From assembly GCA_951406725.2 (NCBI GenBank), contig OX597820.1, positions 22,444,001 to 22,508,000 on the forward strand: 64,000 bases of DNA. Direction: 5' to 3'. Positions within the stretch are counted from its first letter, which is position 1. Every line of letters begins with the position of its first letter. Source of the stretch: Octopus vulgaris (taxonomy: Eukaryota). Below are positions 1-58,645 of the stretch, piece after piece. The notes below the pieces were generated by a model. The model worked only from the letters and a program-made list of their open reading frames with translations, was not told where the DNA came from and did no database searches. Position numbers and translations under genes: made by a program.

Positions 1-317
1 ACGAATAAATAAGTTTTACACTTGACAGAGTAATTTGAATACTAAAGGGTCAAACTACCTGGAGATATCTAGTTGTAACTCCTCTCAGCTGTCACACTTA
101 TACATAAAGAAGACATAACATTGGTTGTCATGGTAGCTGTGAAGCGTCATTTCCGTCACAATGACTTTGTTTCTTACCAATTCATTAGTGGAATTATTTT
201 GACATTTTTTTAGCCAGCCAGTGTTTGGAATATAAATTAACATGGAATGTTGATGGAAGGGAGGTTTTAATTTAGATCTGTCGATAATGAAATTTGTATC
301 ATAAAACTAGAAACAGT

Positions 318-555
318 CAGCAAGCTGGTAGAAACATTAGCACGCTGGACGAAATGCTTAGCAATATTTCGTCTGCCACTACATTCTGAGTTCAAATTCC
401 ACCGAGGTCGACTTTGCCTTTTCATCCTTTCAGGGTCGATTAAATAAGTACCAGTTACGCACTGGGGTCGATATAATCAACTTAATCCGTTTGTCTGTCC
501 TTGTTTGTCCCCTCTGTGTGTAGCCCCTTGTGGGCAGTAAAGAAATAAGAAATAA
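318..555 (+). mobile_element. tRNA-derived SINE family A (Nin/Deu-domain-like core); many copies in window
   Basis: Head gagctggcagaaacgttagc...gttcaaattcc (B box), core gtcgactttgcctttcatcctttcggggtcgataaa, tail gccccttgtgggcaataaagaaataag. Other copies at about 2211(-), 3358, 9704, 19074, 30095, 31866, 44880(-), 55248, 63636. Confidence 0.85.
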
Positions 556-1069
556 GAAACAGTCGGAATTGGTCATAAAACAAGAAACAGTCATAGACAA
601 GTGTCAAAAGGATCAGCCTGCTAGTGTTCCTGATATTTACTCTATTAGATATACTCACTTTGTTCTTGACACAGTACTTCGAGATAAAGACCTCCTTCAC
701 AGAAGCTTCCACCTCCTCCAGCAGCAGCAGAGGTGGTGATTAAGAACAGTATGAGTGATGTACAATAAGAGGTGAACTTTCTGCTTTGATTGTGTGAAGA
801 TCAGCTTGGAAGAGCCCATCCCTCACAAGGTTATTCAGTACAGTGAAATTTACAAACAAAAAAAGTCCACCATTCTTTAGAAGAGCCATGAAAATTTGTG
901 ATAGTTATGGCATTTTCAAGGTCGTTCATGAAATAAATACAGGAAATTGGCTTCAACCAAGAAACACAAAACTACAATAGGCTTCGTCTAGTCTCCATTT
1001 GCCAAATCCAGTCTCAAGGCTTTGTTTGTAATAATTAGAGTAATAAGTAAAGTACTCCAACAAGATCAG

Positions 1070-1430
1070 TCAGCAGTCACCTTCAGTGCATCGATCAATC
1101 ATAGGTTTACCAGCTGAAGGTTCCTGTCGATCGTCTGGTGCCAGTTCATCTTGGGAATTCCCCTGTGCCATGGACCCTGAAGTTTCCACTAAAAGACATG
1201 GTTGGCAAGTCTGTTTGTTGGGAGTCCTATGACATATCCCAGCCAACTCGGCCAGTACCTGCTGACGGAGATGGACACTGGGCATTGGTTTGCTCTTCTT
1301 TTGACCTCCTCATAGCTGATAAAGTTATTCTATTTGATGCCTAGTATTTTCCAGAAGATTCTGCTACCCAAAGCATCAAGTTTCTTTTCTTGCCTAGTTT
1401 TCAGGCACCATGTTTCTTGGCCACAAAGAA
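1070..1430 (-). mobile_element. Degraded LINE (RTE-like) ORF fragment
   Basis: Minus-strand translation CGQETWCLKTRQEKKLDALGSRIFWKILGIK resembles the YG.ETW...LRRILGI region after the RT domain. Confidence 0.6.
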
Positions 1431-3039
1431 ATAAAACAACATTTTAGGTTTTTCAGAGAAAGTTTGATGCTCTTCAAGATTTTACTAAGCTGGTTGTAAT
1501 TTTTTGACTTCGTCTTTAAAGCTGAAATGCTCTTTTTTTTTCTGAATATTTACATCTACCTAGAGCCATGGATTGATAGAATCATGAGAATGTCAGACAA
1601 ATTTCCTTTCAGCAGTTAGTTACCACTCTTCCCCTTTATGTTCAAATCTCAACAATATTGGTTTTCCCTTTCACCCTTATGGCTTAATATAATCAAACTA
1701 TAGTTAGTCCACATTACTCCATAAGGAGCATAGGGCAGGTTTTCCAGTTTCTCTGCCATGTATATATTCCTCCCTAGACAGGACGCCAATCTATCACAGG
1801 ATTACTCTCATTTTTACCTGTTGAGTGAACCGGAGCAACATGAAATGAAACAGTTTGCTTAAGAATACAATGCATCACCTGGTCGAGAAATTGAAACCAC
1901 AATCTTACCATCTCAAGTCCAATACCCTAACCACTAAGTCATGCACCTCCACAATCAAAATTTCAGCTTTTGTACTTCTATTAGATAAAAACCAATATTT
2001 ACTGTATACACTATGTTTTGATGTATTTTTATCTCCAAGAATTACTAAGTAACTGATCCATGTATATGTCCATAGGGCCAGACAAGATTCAAAATATTAA
2101 ACTTTATTTCTAGACAAAGGATAATAATGTTCATATCCACTAGGTTCCTAGTTCAAATCCAGTTCACTATTCTATAATATATCCTGGAATAAGACAGCTG
2201 ATTATAATCTTATTTCTTTACTGCCCACAAGGGGCTACAACACAGAGGAGACAAACAAGGACAGACAAAGGGATTAAGTCGATTACATCGACCCCAGTGC
2301 ATAACTGGTACTTAATTTATCGACCCTGAAAGGATGAAAGGCAAAGTCGACCTGATTATAATCTGTGGTTGAAGTTGTGTCGTAAGAAATATCGCAATGC
2401 AATGCTAACATCGTCATCATCATCATCGTTTAACGTCCGCTTTCCAGGCTAGCATGGGTTGGACGATTTGACTGAGGACTGGTGAACCAGATGGCTGCAC
2501 CAGGCTCCAGGCTTGATCTGGCAGAGTTTCTACAGCTGGATGCCCTTCCTAATGCCAACCACTCCGAGAGTGTAGTGGGTGCTTTTATGTGCCACTGACA
2601 TGAGGGCCAGTCAGGCGGAACTGGCAACAGCCACAAAAAAATCGTGTTTGTTTTTATATTTTTTATTGAGAAAAAAAAATTGTACTTTTAAATACATTAT
2701 ATCCCATGATAATTTGAGATGATTACAGTTCTGATCAAGTAGAACTAACATGGGAGTTAAACAACAAAAACAATATGTGTGAATCATCATCATTGTTTAA
2801 CATCTGGTTTCCATGCTGGCATGAGTTGGATGGTTTGACATGGAGCTGGCTAGCAGGGGGCTGTCCAGGCTCCACCAGTCTGTTGTGGTATGTTTCTATG
2901 CCAACCACTTAACAGTGTGCGTTGGGTGCCATTTATGTGTCACCATCAAGGGTGCATTTACAGAGCGCTGGCACAGGTACTTTTTAAGTGGCACAGGCAC
3001 ATGAAAGGATAAGCCTGTATGTGTGAAAGACAGCAATTT

Positions 3040-3082
<43 letters not shown>

Positions 3083-3614
3083 TGTGTGTCCCCCCTACCA
3101 CCACTTGACAACTAATGCTGGTTTGTTTATGTCCCTGTAACTTCATGGTTCAGAGGAAGAGACCACTAGAACAAATACCAGACACAAAGATAAAATAAGT
3201 TCTGGGGTCAATTTCTTTGACTAAACCCTTCGTGACAGTACCTCCAGCATGGCCACAGTCCTATCATCATCATCATCATTGGGCAAGTGTCTTTTACTAT
3301 AGCCTCAGGCCAACCAAAACCTCATGAGTGGATTTGGTAGACGGAAACTGAAAAAAGTAAGGCAGCGAGCTGGCAAAAATGTTAGCACGCCGAGTGAAGT
3401 GCTTAGCGGTATTTCGTCTGTCTTTACTTTCTGAGTTCAAATTCCGCTGAGGTCGACTTTGCCTTTCATCCTTTCGGGGTCAATAAATTAAGTACCAGTT
3501 ACGTACTGGGGTCGATGTAATCGACTTAATCCTTTTCTCTGTCCTTGTTTGTCCCCTTTATGTTTAGCCCCTTATGGGTAATAAAGAAATAAGAAACTGA
3601 AAGATGTCCTTCGT

Positions 3615-3660
<46 letters not shown>

Positions 3661-4458
3661 AAAACGTATATGTTTGTGTCTGTGTTTGTCCCCCCACCTT
3701 CACTTGACAATGAATGTTGGTGTGTTTACATCCCCTTAACCTAGCGGTTCAGCAAAAGAGACTGATAGAATAGTACCAGGCTTACAGAGAATAAGCCCTA
3801 GGGTTGATTTCTTTGAAAAAAAGACAGTTCTCCAGTATGGCCACAGTCAAATGACTGAAACAAAGAAAAGAACAAAAGAATATATATAGATATAATAAAA
3901 GCTCTTATATGTAAGCATGTAACGATGAAATTGGTCTGATAAAAAGATCACAATGCTAATATGTAGAGAACGTAAAGGTTGTAGTTGAATGTTCTGTAAA
4001 GTACTATAAGAGGCAAATACAACGATAACAGCTGTTGTCTGTTGCTATGTTTGAAATTGCAATTTAGACTGGAATTTAGATCTTCCCACCACCAGCTGCA
4101 TTCAATAATAAAACCCCAAAATCCAAAGAAAATATATAAACATACATGCAGACAGATGGAAACAGATATATCCACTCACACACTTATACACATCATCGCC
4201 ATCCTCGTTGTTGTTTTAACATCCATTTTTCCCTGCTAGCATGGGTCGGATGGAATTTATTGGAATAGATTTTCTCTTGTTGGATGCCCCTTCCTGTTGC
4301 CAAATTCTATCACGGTCAGTTCTGTCTTTCATCCCTTTGAGATCAATGAAATAAATACCAGTTGATTATTGGGGTTGATGTAATCAACTAGCTCCCTCCC
4401 CCAAACTTCAAACTTCAGACCTTGTTCCTATAGTACAAAGAAAATATTACTACTATTA

Positions 4459-4862
4459 TAGGCACAAGTGTGGCTGTGTGGTAAGAAGCTTGCTTCCTAA
4501 CCATATAGTTTTGGGTTCAGTCCCACTGCGTGGAACCTTGGGCAAATGTCTTCTACTGTAGCCTCAGGCTGACCAAAGCCTTGTGAGTGGATTTGGTTGA
4601 CAGAAACTGAAAGAAGTCCATTGTGTGTGTATATATATATATACATATATATATTAGAAGAAATAAGGTACTCAGAAATCTGGATGGTTTTATATTTACA
4701 GATTTTTATCAATATGTCACATGTTTTTATAAATATATGATTTATAAAAACATGTGACATATTGATAAAAATCTGTAAATATAAAACCATCCAGATTTCT
4801 GAGTACCTTATTTCTTCTAATATATAATACCTGTACATCATCTCCAAACCTTCTAATATATT

Positions 4863-4901
<39 letters not shown>

Positions 4902-5071
4902 TTGTGTCTGTGTTTATGTCCCTGTAACTTAGTGGTTCGGCAAAAGAGACCGACCGATAGAATAAGTACCAGACTTACAAAGAATAAGTCCAGGGGTCGA
5001 TTTCTTTGACTAAAATGTGGTGCTCCAGCATGGCCGCAATCAAATGACTGAAACAAGTAAAAGAATAAAAG
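4459..5071 (+). mobile_element. tRNA/CORE-like SINE family B with internal (TA)/(TG) linker; this copy carries a palindromic insertion
   Basis: gtggctgtgtggtaag...ggttcagtccc...accttgggcaa...(TA)n...gctccagcatggccgca...gaaacaagtaaaagaataaaag. Copies at about 13632, 16992, 18001(-), 20443(-), 22405(-), 35620, 40280, 54113(-), 56036, 59853. Confidence 0.85.
4649..4825. repeat. Perfect inverted repeat, about 86 bp arms, 5-nt loop (atatg)
   Basis: atattagaagaaataaggtactcagaaatctggatgg... is mirrored exactly by ...ccatccagatttctgagtaccttatttcttctaatat. Confidence 0.95.
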
Positions 5072-5372
5072 AATTACTACTGCTGCTGCTACTACAAATT
5101 CAAAAGGCAATGCCATGTAAAAGCACTCGTGTGGTGCCACCTCAAAGCACCCATACAGTGCCACATATAAGCACCCAGTGCACTCTGTAAAGTGGTTGGT
5201 GTTAGGAAGGGCATCCAGCCATAGAGACCATGCCAACCCAGACAAGAGTCTGGTGCAGCCTTCCAACTTGCCGGCCCTGGTCTAACCATCCAATGAATGA
5301 ACAATGGATGTTAAATTATGACAATGGTGATGGTGATGATTGTAACTAATATCTTTTTTTCACTTCTTTCAG

Positions 5373-51705
<46,333 letters not shown>

Positions 51706-53097
51706 TGATGCCTTTTTTCCCCCCACATACAGCCTACCAGTTGGTGCCTTCATCATATTCAAATCATTCAAACAATGGAGGTTCCATTAAACTACCATTA
51801 TTTGCATCATCATCATCATTGTCATCATCATCACCATTGTACAAATCATTGATAATTATATGATTCATTGACCGTAACTTTGTAAGTCGTTGTGGCCTTG
51901 TGGCAATGTTTAAAATTATTATACAAGACTGCTCTTTTACTCCAAAATTTTAAAATATTTTCTATAAAGCAAAAAAATGAAAGATTTAAAAAAAAAAAAT
52001 ATCATCTCATGGGAATAATTTTTGAAAATGATTAATTATTATACAATGAAATATATTTAGCACATGAGTTTTCTGCAAGAAAACTCATCACCTTTTACAT
52101 CAAGTGTTGCCTTAACTTAATCAAAGCATCAAATTCTTCATCACAAAATACACAGCAGGCTCTAAAACTGCAAATGCTTATGTATATGTGATTGATAGAT
52201 ATATATGTATATTTATGCCTATATACATATATGTATCTGCATGCGTGTGTGTATATATGTGAGTATTATACATAAATTTGCATCTAATTTATCAAACAAT
52301 TTTTTTTTTTTTTTGTTTTTACCAAATTATTCTCATTTTTCCCCATTCCATTCAGCCATTTTAAATTCACTGCTGGATGAAGCCATGCTGACCAATTGCA
52401 GGTTGGATGTAGTGCTTATAGTGTCAGGTCAGGTGATTAGACTCTGGCCATTGCACAACTAAGCGGAATTCAAACTCAGAAGAGGTGAAACAGGTGTGCA
52501 ATATAAGGCATCTTCTCTGATACGCTAAAGAATTCCGTTAAGTTCCATCCATCCACTGCCCTGAACTGGTAGATTATTTATCAACTCTGACACAAAGAGG
52601 AAAGGTCAAAATTTTCATCTGCTGTATTTAAGAAAAACAATTAGAAAATGACCTTATCTTCCAAAATCATTATTCTTCTAATTGCAGTGATATCATGACA
52701 AGGGACAGATCATATTTGATTGATTATTACCTAGCTGTTCTCTCTCCCAGGGTACCACATTCATTATACTGTATTACTAGGAGCCCTACCTTGGTAAATA
52801 CCTATACCTACCTGCATGGTTTGTAGATTGAGGTGTGGGGGGTGGAAAAATTTGTTTTTGTTTGTTTTGTAGGACACTGACTTTTTGATATACTGTAAAA
52901 ACAAAAAAATTAAAAGCAAAAAGAAAAGAAAGGGAGAAAGAAGGAAAGAAAGAAAGAAAGAATGGCTTTGTTGTGTATTTACGGAAGAGAGGAATTCCAG
53001 TCACGAAAAAAAAATAAGGACCAATTCAGTTATATCTTTGGAGATAAAAATCCAGAAAGCTCCCAATATTCCCAAAAGATGTGTTCTTGCTTTTTCA

Positions 53098-53121
53098 ATA
53101 TATATATACATATATATATAC

Positions 53122-53157
<36 letters not shown>

Positions 53158-53183
53158 GTACATATATATACATATATATATAC

Positions 53184-53231
<48 letters not shown>

Positions 53232-53300
53232 TATATATATAATATTCATGTGTGTATGTATACATATATATATATGTATATGTTTACATGTATATATTAT
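53098..53300. repeat. (TA)/(TACA) microsatellite in the putative 3'UTR
   Basis: Direct read. Confidence 0.95.
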
Positions 53301-53399
53301 ATGTAGTTACTGTATCTATGAAGGTTCTTGTGAAACGTGTTTTACTGACTGATTGTAACTGCAATCGTTTAATGGTGCTGTTTTATCCACTAAAATTTC

Positions 53400-53412
53400 A
53401 ATAAACAATAAA
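53400..53412 (+). terminator. Candidate polyadenylation signals (two adjacent AATAAA) for the PI3K mRNA; 3'UTR about 1.7 kb
   Basis: AATAAAcAATAAA followed by a genomic A run and then T/GT-rich sequence; the 3'UTR before it is almost free of recognisable SINEs. Confidence 0.45.
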
Positions 53413-56400
53413 AAAAAAAAAACCCTTTTGTTTAATGATGTTTTTATAAATCATCACATTTAATTTATTCATTTTAGAGAATTTTCTCTTTTGTTTTGTT
53501 TTTTTTTTGTTTCTTTTAATGTAAATGTTTGGAACAATTCATTATATAACAAATGAATCCTTACAAGCTAAATATTAAGTGAATGTTTAGTAGTTTTAAA
53601 TGGAATTGAAAAATTTATAAATTGTATATTTTTGAAATTATGTGAATTTTTGTGAGAAGAATATAAAATTTTGTTTTTGGTTTTGTTTTAGTAGTATTGG
53701 GGATTGAGTATCTTTTAATATTTCTCTTCAGGAATTCTCTTTAAATTGGAACTATATAATGTTTTCTATTTATTTAGGAAATAGTTTATGGTTGATTTAC
53801 ATTTCTTTGGAAGACAAATCCTTAAACCTTTTTCTTACTATATTTTTTTATTGAAATACACTGCCTTTTTTCGAATTAATTTTGAAAATAATGAAGAATT
53901 TAATTATTTTAGTAAAATAATTTCATCATTATCAAACTGGTATTTGGAACATAAATTTATATAATATTCTCATAGAAAGTTTTAATTTAGATCACTTTAA
54001 AAAACAAGAACCCTGTATCATAGAACAAGGAACAGTCCAAGACAAGTTTATAACAAAAGAAATCACTGAAAGCCATGTGTTCTTGACTCTGAAATTTTCT
54101 TCACTGTCTCTCTTTTACTCTTTTACTTGTTTCAGTCAATTGACTGTGGCCATGCTGGAGCACCGCCTTTAGTCGAGCAAATCGACCCAAGGACTTATTC
54201 TTTGTAAGCTTAGTACTTATTCTATCGGTCACTTTTCGCCGAACCGCTAAGTTACGGGGACGTAAACACACCAGCATCGGTTGTCAAGCAATGTTGGGGG
54301 GGGGGACAAACAGACACACGAACACACAAATACATACATACATATATATATATATATTCATTTATATATATATACGACAGGCTTCTTTCAATTTCCATCT
54401 ACCAAATCCACTCACAAGGCTTTGGTGGGCCCAAGGCTATAGTAGAAGACACTTGCCAAGGTGCCACGCAGTGGGACTGAACCCAGAACAATGTGGTCCG
54501 TAAGCAAGCTACTTACCACACAGCCACTCCTACACCTATCATTGAACATTTATAATCATTTTTCTTTTTTTTTTTTTTTATTATACTTCTTAAACTTTAA
54601 ATGTAACGTTTTAAGACCCTAGTCTAAAACATTAAAGATTTCCCCTTCTTTTTAAGCATTAAGCTGATACAATATTTGCTAAAATTTGTCCCTCCTGTGT
54701 TGTCTTCTGTCATTCTGTGTTCATTACTTTCATATATTTTGAATGCTTATACAACCTCCTTATATTTATATATATATATATGTGTGGGCTCATGTGATTG
54801 TCTATGTGACTGTCTCATGATTATCATCATTATTGATCATCATTGTAGTGCTACATCCACTTCCCATGCTAACATGGATCGGATGAGTTCTGGGCCAAGT
54901 TTAAGTCAGTTATTATTCAGAGTTACTGCCTTCCTAACCAGATCAGAACACCACATATTGCTTGTGCATTTCCTTTTTGGCTTGTTTTCTACAGGTTTGA
55001 TGCCTTTCTTATCACCAACCACTTTACATAATATACTGGCTGATTTTATCTAGCACCAACATTTGACTGATTACCATGTCTTTGACAAGACCACAAGGTT
55101 TTCTCAACTCTGCATCATCTTCACTCATTTGCCTACTATTTCACAGAGTGTAATTGGCTATGTTTCATCATGACATCAGAACTTCTTACAAGGATGTCTT
55201 GTATCCTCTAAAACAGAAGAGTCCTCATTATTCTATGATGTGTTCAAGGCAGCAAACTGGCAGAATCATTAGTACGCTGGGCAAAATGCTTAGCAGTATT
55301 TCATCTGCCACTACGTTCTGAGTTCAAATTCTGCCGGGTCAACTTTGCCTTTCATCCTTTCGGGGTCGATTAAATAAGTACCTATTTCTTTACTACCCAC
55401 AAGGGGCTAAACATAGAGAGGACAAACAAAGACAGACAAACAGATTAATCGATTATATCGACCCCAGTGCATAACTTGGTACTTAATTTATCGACCCCGA
55501 AAGGATGAAAGGCAAAGTCAACCTCGGCAGAATTTGAATTCAGAACGTAATGGTTAACGAAATATGGCTACGCATTTCGCCCGGCGTGCTAACATTTCTG
55601 CCAACTCACCACCGTTGATTAAATAAGTACCAGTTACGCACTGGGGTTGATGAAATCAACTTACCCCTCCCCCAAATTTCGGGCCTTGTGCCTATAGCAG
55701 AAAGGATTATTCTATGATGGGTTCAAGGCAGTAAGCTGGCAGAATCATTAGTACGCCAAGCAAAATGCTTAACAGTATTTCATCTGTCTTCACGTTCTGA
55801 ATTCCACTGATGTCGACTTTGCCTTTCATGCTTTCGAGGTCGATAAAGTAAGTACCAGTATTGGGGTCAATGTATTCAGCTATCCCCCAAATTTCAGGCC
55901 TTGTGCCCATAGTGGAGAGACTTATTCACTTCATATAGATATAATTGTTTAATCCTCATAAGACCTTTATCATGCTACATCAAAATTCTAGATATATCAA
56001 TGAATTGTTTCTACTTCATACATCACTTCTTCACTAGGCGCAAGACCGACTGTGTGGTATGTAGCTTGCTTACCAACAACATGGTTCCGGGTTCAGTCCC
56101 ACTGGGTGGCACCTTGGGCAAGTGTCTTCTACTATAGCCTCGGGCCGACCAGAGCCTTGTGAGTGGATTTGGTAGACGGAAACTGAAAGAAGCCCGTTGT
56201 ATATATGTAAATGTATATATAAATGTGTGTGTTTGTGTGTCTGTGTTTGTCCCCCTAACATCGCTTGACAACCAATGCTGGTGTGTTTACGTCCCCGTAA
56301 CTTAGCGGTTCGGCAAAAGAGACCAATAGAATAAGTACTAGGCTTCCAAAGAATAAGTCCTGGGCTCGATTTGCTTGACTAAAAGGTGGTGCTCCAGCAT

Positions 56401-56708
56401 AGCTGCAGTCAAATGACTGAAACAAGTAAAAAGGTAATTAGGGGATCCATGAAATACTAAGTGCTTTAAGGGAGATAAACCACCAATGAAATCAAATATG
56501 GTGCCCCAGCTTCAATAATTCTTTTATCTTTTACTTGTTTCATTCATTAGACTGTGCTCATGATGGGGCCACCATCTTGAAGGGTTTTCATTGAGCAAAT
56601 CAACTCCGTGACTTATTTTTTAAAGTCTGGTACTTATTCTATCAGTCTCTTTTGCTGAACCACTAAGTTACAGGAATGTAAACACACCAATAATAATAAC
56701 AATAACAT

Positions 56709-56880
56709 AGAAAAATACCTTAGGAATGATAACCCAGGTTCGAAATTTCCCCAAGACAACTGAAGAAGGCTGGAGGGTATATCAGCTGAAACATGTGAAA
56801 AACAAACATGATGAGGACAAATATCCGTCGAATGTAAATAATGTACATTTTGCTAGAAAATTCAAAATTCTATGCAGTGC
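56709..56880 (+). mobile_element. Further copy of the hammerhead-bearing repeat (duplicated at about 60518-60690)
   Basis: aaaaataccttaggaatg...CTGAAGAaggctggagggtatatcagctGAAACatgtg. Confidence 0.7.
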
Positions 56881-58545
56881 ATGTGTATGTGTGTATGTAT
56901 ATATGTGTGTGTGTATATATATATATATATATGTACGTCTTGTATGTTTTTGTGTTGCCTGAAGAAACAACGAAGAATTCTTCTATTTAAGTAAAGCATT
57001 GATCAGTTGATAAACTCATCTATTTTAATCTGATATTAGATTTATTTTTTTATTTTTAATTTGTTTCATATTGTTTCTTTAACGCTTTTGTTACCACATT
57101 TCTGTTGAAATGCACTCTCATTGTTTCAATTAATTTTGGAAGTAATGAAGAATTTGGTAAAATAACTTTGTCTTTGTATAGCTGGTGTCTGGAATATAAA
57201 TTAACATGAAATCTTGATGGAGAGTCTTGAGATCACTCTAACCTTTTAGCATTTAAACTGGCCATGTCTGGCCCAAATATTCCACCTGTTTTATATGCAT
57301 ATTGGGGAAATCTGGCCTGTCACACCTACCTTACAATGTCATTTTAAAAATAGACTATCAGATCATCAAAATCTCAAAGCTATGAGATAATCCATGATTA
57401 ATTCAAGAATTACATTCAACAGAATAATCTAAATACTAGTGGGGTTAAAATGAGATATGTCTTGTTTTAACCCCACTAGCATTTAGATTATTCTGTGATA
57501 CAAATCCCTGGTTTGTATCACAAATCCCTGGTTTGTATTACAAATCCCTGGTTTGTATTACAAATCCCTGGTTGTATTACAAATCCCTGGTTTGTAAAAT
57601 GTGGTACAAATCCCTGGTTTGTATCACAGAACCAGGGACAGTCTCATGCAGATTGGTCTCAAAAAATTTTTTTTTAATTTATCATCATTTCCAAATATAG
57701 GCAACTTTTATAATTTTATTTTATTTCTTTAATTCCAAATTTTGCTCTGTATCTTTGAACAGCTGTTTCTTCCATTCCTTTTTATTTTACATGAGGAATT
57801 TTAAATCAACTTATTCCAAGGAAAATTTTTGGTTTTCCTCGACTGCTTAATCCGTCCTAATTGGAAATTAATGCAGGGGTTTTAACCACCACCCCTTTTT
57901 TTTTTTACCAAATTTCTATTGAAATACACTGCCTTTGTTTCATTTTGTTTTGAAAGTAATGAAGAATTAATGACAAAATGACTTATGTACAAACCAGCCA
58001 GATCTGGCCTATCACACTTATCCTGCAATGTGATTCTTAAAATAAGCAATCACATCATCAAAATCTCAAGGCTATGAGATAATGCATGATTAATTCTAAA
58101 CAATGTGAATAAATAAGCTTTACATTTGACAGAGTATTCTGGTTGCTAAAGGGTTAAACTTGCCCATTTTTCATTTTTCTTATCTAAGGACCATTTTATG
58201 CCTCTGTCTCTTGTGATTACATCATTTGCCATTTATAATTTCCAACTTTATCATTCTAATAAATTAATTCTACCAATAACTTAGTTTATAAATCTATTAT
58301 TATGCAAGGAAGGCGCTAGGGCAGCGGACACACGGTCAGAGGATCGTGGTTTCGATTCCCAGACCGGGCATTGTGTGTGTTTATTGAGCAAAAATACCTG
58401 AAAGCTCCACGAGGCTCCGGCAGGGCGTGGTGGCGACCCCTGTTGTGCTCTTTCGCCCCAACTTTCTCTCACTCTCTCTTCTTGTTTCTTGAGTAACGCT
58501 GTGATGGATTGACATCCCATCCAGCTGGAGGGGAACACATATGCC

Positions 58546-58645
58546 NNNNNNNNNNNNNNNNNNNNNNNNNNNNNNNNNNNNNNNNNNNNNNNNNNNNNNN
58601 NNNNNNNNNNNNNNNNNNNNNNNNNNNNNNNNNNNNNNNNNNNNN
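58546..58645. other. Assembly gap (100 N)
   Basis: Direct read. Confidence 1.

Noticed and set aside
57497-57640. CRISPR-like palindromic repeats
   Set aside because: Units are contiguous without unique spacers, there are no cas genes and the context is eukaryotic
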